A stretch of 64,000 bases of DNA from Balanoglossus misakiensis (lineage: Eukaryota > Animalia > Hemichordata). Made by a program: the position numbers and the translations under genes. The notes under the pieces are model-generated. The model made no database searches and was not told the DNA's origin. It saw only the letters and a list, made by a program, of their open reading frames with translations. The stretch spans positions 8,323,097 to 8,387,096 of the forward strand of contig CM082598.2 of NCBI GenBank assembly GCA_040954595.2. Direction: 5' to 3'. Below, in pieces: positions 50,452 to 61,800 of the stretch (the first letter of the stretch is position 1; every line of letters begins with the position of its first letter).

Positions 50452-52943
50452 ATTGGCAGCATCAAAGATATGAAGACCTTGGATCACTTCTTTGACGATA
50501 TAGCGAGCAGGTGAATTTGCTGGCATCTGTATAAGGGCACATGCTGGAGAATTCTTGGCTAGGTCAGACAGGAATGTTGAATACTGTTGAGGTGATTTTA
50601 GAATGGTTCCATTATTGGAGATCAGTAATAGGAAACTGGCTAGAGACTGTAAGTGTCTGTATTGTTGTAGCAGCCTGATAAGATTGGAGAAATCTTGTGA
50701 TGGCAGAGGATCATGACTTGTATATTGCTCTAGAAGCTTTCTTGCTATTTTCTGTTGTATGAAGACCCTATCTTCATGCTTGGTGCCGACTATAGTTGGA
50801 TATTCACTGGACTGACCACGGGACTGTTCTGCTGAGATAAACCGCTGAAGCAGGAGCTTGTTCATGCCAATACAAGTGCCATCACAAACAATAATAGATG
50901 GTGTATCTCCACATGTTGCACATGTAAAGGCATCCTTGTAGTTAATACCCAGAAGTCGAATATAACCATTCCATGCTAATCTAAACTTGTGTAGAGGCAG
51001 AGGTGCTGTTCCTGAGTGTTTAGCCAGTCGTTTTACATATGCCCCGTAAAACACAAGTAATATTACAAATCAAATGCTTAACATTACTGCAGGTAAATTG
51101 CAACCATAACATGTTTAATTCCAAGTTAATGAAACAATCAAACATAGCCACCCTTAACCAACATGTACAAATACTGCAGGTGAAAGCGTCCCATTGTATT
51201 CATATAAAATGTAATATCAATACAAAATATTAAATACAAGGTTTGAAACTCGAGTGAAAAACTCGCTAAACCCACAGTCTTAATAAAAATTTCAATATAG
51301 TTATAATATAATTAGTGGTCCTGTTTTTGTGTTGTTGACAAAGTTGGCTATCTACTTATAACTGTAAAGGTTTTGCAATACATTCCTCTGTGATAATTAT
51401 CAAACTATATTTGAAATAAAAAAATCACTTACCTGTGAAATGATGCCAGTGGGTTTCTTCCTTCACACATAACTTCCAAGTATGTTTGTAAAAGACTGTA
51501 ATGCACAAAGTCCTTGTTGTTCAGATTAAACAATAAATCTTCTTGACCATCATAATACAGTCGACAAGAGCACAGTCCTATACTTGGTCTGTAGTACACT
51601 GAAAGAAGTTTAGGAGGATCAAAATTATGATTCTGGATGCATACCATGACTTAAATGAAGTTGATGGCATTCCCAAGCAAATAAAATGGATAATATTCGC
51701 ACCAATTTTCGTGTCAGAGGTTAAATACACGTAGTATTCTTTTAAGTACAAGTATAAATACGTATGTGGTCACTATACAATGTAGGTACTGTTTCAAGCA
51801 TACATAAAAATACACCCTTGGGTGTCAAAGTCACTTTCACGTCTTCAACTGTTTAAGTTATTGCACAGTATCTTAAACTCACCTCCTATGCTCTGATTGT
51901 CAGCAGTTCTATTTGCTTCTCCATATGAATAAGTTTCAAAGTATATTGTAGCATTGCCTAAACACCAATTCTCTTGCACTGGATCACCATCATTCCATTG
52001 GTTACCATGAGTACACATAGCAAATGGTCCGTCCTCAGGAATCGATGGAATTAATGCAGTAGGTATTGGAAGCTGAGAGAAAAAATAAATAAAAAAAACA
52101 ACTCTGCCATTTCCTGCTTTTAGAATAATTTTAAATTTGTAAACCTGCCATCATTAATGTGATTCCATGTACACAAATGATATAAACCAAAATACAATAA
52201 AATGATACAAACTCACCCTGCCACTCTGTTGATGAACATGCTTCTTCTGTAACTCCTCTGGAAGGCTGTATGGTATGGGCTGATATGATACATATGAAAC
52301 ATTGTTAACAATGGGTTCCTCGGAGAGTTCTTCTGGAATGGTTGTGTCATGTTCCTGGCACCAGGCCCTGTATACTTCTACATGATCACATGTGGATTTT
52401 CCACACCTACAGCGAGTACAGCTCAGTTTTCTCTCTCTTCTTTTACGTACTATACCTAGTACATGAACTTCTCTATCAATTGTTACTGCTGCTAGGAAGG
52501 GATTATGGCTTAACTGGTCGACAAAAGTTGAGTTGACAGGAGCATCTTCATGACCGGGATTGTGTTCAGCAGAGGACCAAGGGTACATTACATTGACAGC
52601 CCGTGCATGAAGACAATAGCTCGATTCTTCATCGTTGATAAAGCTATCAAAATCACCATCAAAACATGAATTGATGGCCTTCAGTCTTTCTCTATGTTTG
52701 ACCCCTCTCTCACACGAGCATGTCAACAGCACAGCATACTTGGTGTTTTCAGTGTTGTAAAATGCAAGTTGTCTTTCAAGGATACAGTACTTTGATAACA
52801 GTTTAGATTGAGTATGATCCCAATCTGCGACAACATAGACCCCACCAGCAGAGATTTCCCATAGTTCATCTTGTTTTTCCTCAGTTCATACATGTATGCT
52901 GTGTCAGTATCTATACAAAATGTACCTGAACTACATGACATCC
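50452..52943 (-). pseudogene. Multi-exon CxC4-type KDZ (Kyakuja-Dileera-Zisupton / HMGXB3-like) transposase, truncated at ~50452
   Basis: Exons encode LTCSC...CLH and C..C...CDH; CTHGNQW.DGDP...W; YYRPS..CSC...YDGQEDLLFN; FRLAW..Y..LL......FTC..CG..P.IIVCDGT (first catalytic D). A further possible 5' exon lies at ~53170-53540. Confidence 0.75.
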
Positions 52944-54118
52944 TGCAAAAACAAAAACAAAAAAATTAAAATTTTTGCATTTTAATGTTTCTGGATAATA
53001 CTCACAATGAGTACCAGTTAGTAATATTACCAAGTTTAAATATAAATGTAATACTTGAAGACACTCACACATTGTATAAATACAATCACAGAATAAACAA
53101 CAATATTGTCCTCAAGCAAGCAATATTGGCTCATAGCATGACTCAAGCTAAGAACTAATTAGTGCCCTAGAATTAACGACCAGTGACTGTGGGTTCGTAA
53201 CCTACCATCATACTTGTAAATACCTCACCAACATTCTCAGTATGATAATTTGTAGCTGATGATCTGAGGTTCGTGATACTAGAAGGTAGACTCAAAGTGT
53301 TCTGACATTGGGCTGTGGAGTGTACGTAACGAAGTTTTTTTTCAGAAGAAAAGAGTATGATGACTTGACTTTCATTTAACGTGACGATGATCATCGATAA
53401 GCCTACAGTTCTATCACTCACTACCATTAATCTACTAGTATATAGTAACTTATAGCGTTATGTTCAAAGTTGACACACAGTACATCATCGCACATGGTTA
53501 TGATTTGCTAGTTCGATCGCGATCGCGCGACTCGGCCATTTTGAACTGTTCAACAGGATTTACCGCTAGCGCTACTTTAACAAAGTGAGTATTCGTCATC
53601 GGGTCACTCGAAACTCTAAACTTGCCATGTGTCGAGCAACGGCCGCAAGAATTCATATTGTTAAAAAATAAATATGCATAGGTCATAATGATACATGAAA
53701 TATATGCTATCTAATAGATTTGTACGGTTTAGCTATTGTATGTCCGAATTCCAATCGTGATACTACACAGTGATTCCGCGATCTTGACAAAACGTAAACA
53801 TTGGCCATCGTAAGTTAAGGGAACACGTACTCGGTACGTATAGTGTCTGTAACTTGTAACGAGAATTTTAGAACCACTCCCGCATCGTTAAACCGGAATT
53901 AAACAGTAAATAATAACCTACCTAGTGTGCTTTCACTCAACACTAACTATGTTTGCTTAGTATAGTAAACATGAGCCCTTATCGCGTCAAGAAATGTAGT
54001 CAGTTTCAGTACACTACACAGGCTAGCGTGCGCTGTAATGTTTTGGTGTCGGTCACGCTGTATTGTAATGTTTTGGCGTCCCTCTCTACAAAATCAAGTA
54101 ATAAATTGACAACACATA

Positions 54119-55515
54119 CCGTAGTTGCCCGGGTAAGAACCCCTGCTCGGACAAACGCCCCCCCCCTGGTTTTAGGGCCCATTTGTAGATCGAGGCCATA
54201 TCCGGTCTAAAGCCCCCCCCCCCCCCCCCCGGCCGAATATCCATTAAATTCTTGGAAATTTAATAAAGTGCAATGCAAAAAAGGCGGATTTTCATCCCCA
54301 CAGTCACTAAAAGTGAAAAAAAAATGTATGGTGATTTACTTTCGCGCTGATTATCGTACCCACCGCGGCCGACTGGCCACGCTGAGTTATATATAGCCGC
54401 TCTAGATAACATGACCTCAGACAGGTCCCTCGGGACCGTGCGTCGAATTCAACGATCATGTAGATGGACGCGCTGCCGCGTATGAGGTCACCGGGGAGCT
54501 TTCCAAAGCGGCCGCGTGGAGATATGATTTCGCGCGTTTCGACAGTAAAGTATCGAAATCTTTGTCTTGATGTCACGCACACAAGCAGTGTTTAGTGCGT
54601 GCTCATAGTTTTGTTGTATTCTTATTGGATAAGAAAATATAAAATGTTGCATTGACCAATGAGGGTTTTAGTGAGGAAAATGCCATATGCGTGCTGAGGC
54701 AATTTTGAGCCACTTCTAGGCAGATCTTTGAGCAGCACAGAAGTTCGGTCCTTGTTCATCCAATTTTTTCGCCGCCAGTTTTTAGGCATTTGTAGCATTA
54801 GTATACAGTTCACAAGTCTGAAGATGCTACCTGTATTGTTATAGACATGTAGTTTTGGGAGGAAGGTTTTACAGTTTTTAAAGTTTTCATACATTGTATC
54901 CATTTCACATGTATTTGTAAATCTGGTGGTAAGCTGGTGAGGTCCAACACCACACCTCGAGCCCTATCATGCATGGCAAATGGACTGCAGGTTTTCAGAG
55001 TATTTTCCACTTTGGCTGAAAGGTTTATCTCTGTTTTTTCCTGACCCGCTAGATAGGGTGCTGACAGGATTTTTTACCACACAGACAAAGTCTTGGATTT
55101 TCTCTTACAATAGTTGCTATCATATGTTCAGTGCGAAGTTCACGTCTTTGCTCGAGCTTGCACAGTTCGCTTTCTAGTTGCAAATAAACAAGGCCGACTG
55201 CTCTTTGGTCTGGCTGTCACCATATTTTGGTCGTCTGTGATTAGTGTTACTATGCAACAATGTGTGAGAGAGGGCTACTGTATGGCAGTGGAGTCAAGAC
55301 CTGCTTCAGTCCGTCCTCGACGCGAAACACCCAACATTGGAAGATCCCGACTTGGACTCGGAGAATGAACCACTCAAAAATTTGCATAAAAGTCGAGGTG
55401 GCCATCCCTCATTTGCATAAATCTCGAGGCCATATCCGGGCTAAAGCCCCCCCCCCCCTGTTTTTTCGCTAATCTGTTGGCCCAGCACCCGGGGCTCTTA
55501 CCCGGGCAACTACGG
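54119..55515. mobile_element. Tc1/mariner-type non-autonomous element, TA TSD
   Basis: ta|CCGTAGTTGCCCGGGTAAGA...TCTTACCCGGGCAACTACGG|ta; internal direct repeat tcgaggccatatccgg.ctaaagccccc. Confidence 0.8.
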
Positions 55516-55891
55516 TAACATGCATAACACTCACCTTTTTGGCAGCCGGGGGAGCGACATAAAGTTTCCTCTTTCGATTTGTCAGGAAACACTCTTGTGT
55601 AGCAGATTCCACTAACAAACGCTTAGCTCTGAACTCCATCGCGATATCGGACAGCAAGACAGTGAATTGAAGTCTCGTGAGGAGTTAAGTTATACGTGAT
55701 ACAGACGCGATACTTTCATTGATTATGGGAAATGTTGTGTGGTGTTGATTGTTACATGTACACTCTCAATTAGCATTTAAACGCAAGCTGAGAGTCTCAA
55801 AAGCGATCTCCAATACGGTCTCAATTGCAGTTTACATTGTATCTGAGATTCTCCAATGCAGTCTCAAATGTGGTCTCAGATAGCATCTACT

Positions 55892-55927
55892 CACAGGGAA
55901 CTTAGTAATTTTGTTATTGTTATTACT

Positions 55928-55963
<36 letters not shown>

Positions 55964-57043
55964 AAGATTGGTAATAAAATTTTTTTTTTTTAAATCAATG
56001 TGTCATTTCTTGCTATGTTTGTCGATGTTGTAGATAACTGTAAAAAAAAACCAACCATAATCGTGGAAAACACGACCTAGGTCGCCGAATGTCACTACCG
56101 TCTTATATACAGGCAAGGGTGGAGTCGACATGCCCTGATCGAGGCTCATGGGCCACCTTCAAGGCCCTGAAAAATCACCCCATTCACCAGCGAGCGATTA
56201 AATTATGCCACCATAGGCATTGAAATTTATCTCACTGACCTAATTTGGGCTTCACTTCATCTATCGACCTGCAAACGAGTGGAAAAACGGCGATTTCCAA
56301 GTCGTACCCAGTCAAATTCAATCACATTTGAATGACGCGCCTGATGGTGATGGCTCTATTTTCTCTGCCTATTTAAATTGACCAATCGGGCGCCCTGTAA
56401 AGCAACACCCGGAAGTGTACGTTCTGACTATCGACTGCACTGTATTCAAGACGTAAAATGGTAGATTTTATGACAAAGAGTTGGGAAGTATCCATTTATC
56501 TGTATGACTCTTAAGGTTTCGCCTCCTTTTTTTCGCGTTATTTTGAACGCAGTTACACGTACTCGTACGAGTTGAGCAATAAACAATCGGGTGGCCGAGG
56601 CAGCCTTTACAGGGCGCCCGATTGGTCAATTTAAATAGGCAGAGAAAATAGAGCCATCACCATCAGGCGTGTCATTCAAATGTGATTGAATTTGACTGGG
56701 TACGACTTGGAAATCGCCGTTTTTCCACTCGTTTGCAGGTCGATAGATGAAGTGAAGCCCAAATTAGGTCAGTGAGATAAATTTCAATGCCTATGGTGGC
56801 ATAATTTAATCGCTCGCTGGTGAATGGGGTGATTTTTCAGGGCCTTGAAGGTGGCCCATGAGCCTCGATCAGGGCATGTCGACTCCACCCTTGCCTGTAT
56901 ATAAGACGGTAGTGACATTCGGCGACCTAGGTCATGTTTTCCACGATTATGGTTGTGTTTTTTTTACAGTTATCTACAACATCGACAAACATAGCAAGAA
57001 ATGACACATTGATTTTTAAAAAAAAAATTTTATTACCAATCTT

Positions 57044-57079
<36 letters not shown>

Positions 57080-57118
57080 AATAATAATAACAATAACAAA
57101 ATTACTAAGTTCCCTGTG
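55892..57118. mobile_element. Foldback element with ~510-bp near-perfect TIRs and 7-bp TSD (P/Galileo-like)
   Basis: CACAGGGAAC...GTTCCCTGTG; arms 55892-~56400 and ~56606-57118; ATCTACT duplicated at 55885-55891 and 57119-57125. Confidence 0.88.
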
Positions 57119-57929
57119 ATCTACTCACATTTGAGACTCTCAGAATATGGTCTCAGAACGGGTCTATGTGGGGTCTCACATACCTTTTATGAACCTCTAC
57201 GTATTTACCCGATTCACACCTTTCGGAGAGCTTTACATATAAATGAACCCCGAAAACGTGGGGTTGGCTCGGTTTGGCTCGGGCACACCTTAGCGTCACC
57301 GAAATCCTAATGAAAGTGACTAAAATCCTACCGACCGTAAAGTGGACAGTAAAAGAGAGCATGGACATATGAACTTTTTTTTATTGCAGCGCGTCGCCTC
57401 ACACATGAATTCTGAAATTTGGCGCAAATATTGCTGATTTTACCCAGAAGACTTCAATATCAACATTAGATCTGACGTCAAACCATTGCGATCGTAGAAT
57501 ACGACAAGGTTTTTCCGCTCGCTGGACGACAATAGGCGTAGGGGGTGTACGAGAGGGATCAAGAGCGTTGAAATACATGAATGGACCTCATGGGCCACTG
57601 GGTTAAAAAAACACAGCAAGATTTAGCGATATTTAGGCAAATTCCAACAGTCCTAAATGAAAAACGCCACACCTGCAGGCACTAGTGATTTCGAACGAGT
57701 TATGTAAAACACAACTCGCCCGAAGTTTTGCAGCATGACTAACTGTTGCTGTAATCAGTGGTTGGTAAATATACTAAATACACTGTTCTCCGAACGTTTA
57801 TGTCTAGTGATATTCATTAAAAAATACGACAAGTCTTCGTGTTATATTCACGTTATGTTTAATTTCCGTCAATAAAAATTGCATTATGGTACAAATATTT
57901 ACATTTTCCGTTTTGTTAATATCAGCAAT

Positions 57930-58410
57930 TTTGATCATTTCCCGTTCCCACAGATCGTTCCTCCACGCGAACGTTTTCCTCTTCAGCACTTTTTTTCTGA
58001 CCTCTAATCTTCGGCATCTATTAGTCCTCACTAACGTTTCTGATGTGTATGGTCGGTCCACGTTTTCATTCGGTAGATAGATAAACGTGTTTTATATGCC
58101 TGTACGTGTATAAACCTTCAAAAGTTTTGATGCTTCACTTGGGTAGTACTTTTAATTCACATGTGGCAACACCATTCTATTGATGTGACTTCATTATTTG
58201 GTAAATTAATACACGTTTCTTTGTTTTCGTCTATTGATATTTGTGGCGGTGGGGAAACATCCAATACTAGTACTTACCCAGTCTAGGCATGCCAAATCTG
58301 CCCCAATTTCATAATTGCTGTCTCCAAATACCACTCCTTTGTCTTGGTATTGTAATGCACAGTTGTTAAAGCTTTCCACGTAGTGGGTGTCCCGACACTG
58401 TTTAAACATA
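57930..58410 (-). pseudogene. C-terminal exons of a Kolobok-like transposase
   Basis: CRDTHYVESFNN.ALQYQDK...F....Y.....LACLDW, an intron, then NENVDRPYTS...KKVLKRKTF....LW. Confidence 0.6.
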
Positions 58411-58804
58411 AAATATAGATAAGTTTTATATCAGAATAAAACAAGAAAACACATTGCAACTGCATGACTCCAAGCATTCCTGATAATACGTTCACCATTT
58501 CAATAATGTTCCTCTCTGCACCCGAGCATGCAGTGCTTGGGCAATAATAGTGACAGAACATGCATGACCCAAATATTTCATCCAGACTAATATGGGCGTG
58601 ACAAGACTTACGTGAATGTAGGCTTCAGAGATTTTATACATTGCCATCTCCCTTATAAATTTGGTGAGTAGCCCTATGGCAACAGGGCTACGTAACTCTA
58701 TCCGCCTAGTAATGCAATTTGGGTTAAAAAAACAAGAAAACTTTTTTTTCTGACCTAAACTGTGGACACCAGATTTCTGAAGTTTGGGTTACAGGAAACA
58801 TATT

Positions 58805-61800
58805 TAGGGCACAAGCGCCCTCAGGCGCTTGTGCCCTATTTGTATTGTTGGCTTTTTAGGGCACAAGCCAAGCAGGCTTGTGCCCTATTGGTATTACTGG
58901 GTTTTTTTAGGGCACAAGCCAAGCAGGCTTGTGCCCTATTGGTATTACTGGGGTTTTTAGGGCCCAAGCGCATGCAGCGCTTGGGCCCTATTGTTATTAT
59001 CCTGGTTTTTCTTCTACTTCTTCTTTTTTTTTTTCTTGTGTAGTTTTTTCGGCCAGCTAGATCTGGAAAACGGCTAAACCTACCAATTTCAAAGTTGGCA
59101 CAATGGTGCAGGCCAATGAGAGCTAGTGCAGTACCCTTGTGAATGTTTAATAAGTCACGTGACCTGATGACCATATATGGGCAAAGTTTTCAAATCGGCC
59201 TAATTTGCATATGAATGGAGATATCAAAATTCTGTTAACATACTTTGTGGGCCATATGGCCAGGGTTCTACATGCCAAATGTCAAGGCCATAGGCCATGT
59301 CACTTTTGAGAAGAAGATTTTTAAGTATTATTTTTCATATTTTTTCGTCCAAGCAATCGGCCTATACTTTACATAGTAAAGCTATGACCACATCGTATTT
59401 TGGATAAATATGCATACATATCTCAAAATCTGTTAGGCCGATCATCTCCAACTTTGGTGTGCAGCTAGCCTAGCATTTGTCAATAATTTTAAGCGAAAAA
59501 AAATAATATCAAAAATCGACCGATTTTTTTATATTAATTTTTTTATTAAATTTATACCTTTAATTATACCTCTATGGTTAAGCTATGTCTATGTCTTATT
59601 GTGGAATTCCGGTCTGTGCAATAGTCCTGTACAGTGACTGTCTATTGGTCAGTGAGCACAATGGCACCAAAATAAAAGGCACAATTTTAGGCTCACCTGT
59701 AACACCTGCTTAACTCTTTAATTATGTGCATACCTAATTCTGGGCTAACTAAGAGGGCTAGAGGTTTCGTTCTTGTGGGACATGGACCAGTATAGGGTCA
59801 AAATTTCTTGCCCAAATTTTGGGTGACCTCAGGTGACCTTTGACCTACTTTCCCAAATCTCCGCATCCAGAGCAGGTACAGACTTGGCGTTTGGAGGGTT
59901 GGGACTAAAATTGAAAAGCCAAAATTGGGGTCACCTGTGACACCTGCTTATCTCATTAATTATGTGCATACCTAATTCCAGGCTAACCAATAGGGCTAGA
60001 GGTTTGTTTTATGCTGAACATGGACCAGTATGGGGTCAAAATTTTTTGCCCAAATTTTGGGTGACCTCAGGTGACCTTTGACCCACTTTACCATATCTCG
60101 GCATCCACAGCAGATACAGCCTTGGCATTTGGAGGGATGGAACTCCTGATGGAGCCTTACACTTTATCTCATTAATTATGTGCATACCTAATTGCAGGCG
60201 AACCAATAGGGCTAGAGATTTTGTTCTTGTGGGACACAGACCAGTATGGGGGGTCAAAATTTCTTGCCCAAATTTCGGGTGACCGCTTATGACCTTTGAC
60301 CTTCGGCTTAAGCTTGGGCCCGTCATCGCTGCTTGCAGCTATATTTTTTTTTTTTTTTTTCTTGTGTAGTTTTTTTGCTCAGGTAGATCTTGAAAACGGC
60401 TGAACCTACAAATCTCAAACTTGGCACAATGGTGCAGGTCTATGAGAGCTTGTGCAGTACCCTCGTGAATGTGTAATTAGTCACATGACCTGATGACCAT
60501 ATATGGGCAAAGTTTTCAAATGGGCCTAATTTGCATATGAATGATGATATCAAAATTCTGTGCAATCATTTTGCGGACCATATGGTCAGTGTCCTACATG
60601 CTAAATTTCAAGGCTCTGGGCCAAGTCAATTTTGAGAAGAAGATTTTTAAATATTATATTTCATATTTTTTGGACCCAGCCATAGGCCTATACTTTCTAT
60701 AGTTAAGCTATGATGCTATGTCCACATCTGTGCAATGGTCCTGTACTGTGACTCTCTATTGGCCCGTGAGCAGAATGGGACCAAAATAAAAGGCAAAATT
60801 TTGGGCTCACCTGTAACACCTGCTTAACTCATTAATTATGTGCATACCTAATTCTGGGCTAACTAATAGGGCTAGAGGTTTTGTGCTTGTGGGACATGGA
60901 CCAGTAAAGGGTAAAAAAAAATTGCCCAAATTTTGGGTGACCTCAGGTGAGCTTTGACCTACTTTACAATATCTCGGCATGCACAGCAGCTACAGCCTTG
61001 GCATTTGGAGGGATGGAACTCCTGATGGAGCCTTACACTTTACCTCATTAATTATGCACATACATAATTGTAGGCGAACCAATAGGGCTCGAGATTTTGT
61101 TCCTGTGGGACACGGACCAGTATGGGGTCAAAATTTCTTGCCCAAATTTTGGGTGACCACTTATGACCTTTGACCTTCGGCTTAAGCTTGGGCCCGTCAT
61201 CGCTGCTTGCAGCTATATTTCATCTTTTTTTTTTCTTGTGTAGTTTTTTTGCTCAGGTAGATCTTGAAAACGGCTGAACCTACAAATCTCAAACTTGGCA
61301 CAATGGTGCAGGCCTATGAGAGCTGGTGCAGTATCCCTGTGAATGTTTAATTAGTCATGTGACCTGATGACCATATATCGACAAAGTTTTCAAATGGGCC
61401 TAATTTGCATATGAATGGAGATATCGAAATTCTTTTAGCAACTTTTGTGGACCATGTGATCAGTGTCCTACATGCCAAATATCAAGGCCTTGGGCCAAGT
61501 CTATTTTATGAAGAAGAATTGTAAATATTAGTAGTTTTTCATATTTTTGGACCCAGCCATGGGCCTATACTTTCTATAGTTAAGCTATGACGCCATGTAC
61601 ACGTCTGTGCAATGGTCCTGTACAGTGACTGCCTACTGGCCCGTGAGCAGAATGGGACCAAATTAAAAGGCAAAATTTCGGGCTCACCTGTAACACCTGC
61701 TAAACTCATTAATTATGTGCATACCTAATTCCGGGGCAACTAATAGGGCTAGAGGTTTCGTTCTTGTTGGTCATGGATCAGTATGGGGTTAAAAAAATTT

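Noticed and set aside
53766-53795. CACAGTG followed by ACAAAACGT
   Set aside because: The spacer is 14 bp, the nonamer match is poor, and no partner signal was found.
58805-58990. CRISPR-like short palindromic repeats
   Set aside because: The spacers resemble each other and the stems match the 3' sub-terminal repeats of the downstream Helentron-like bodies.
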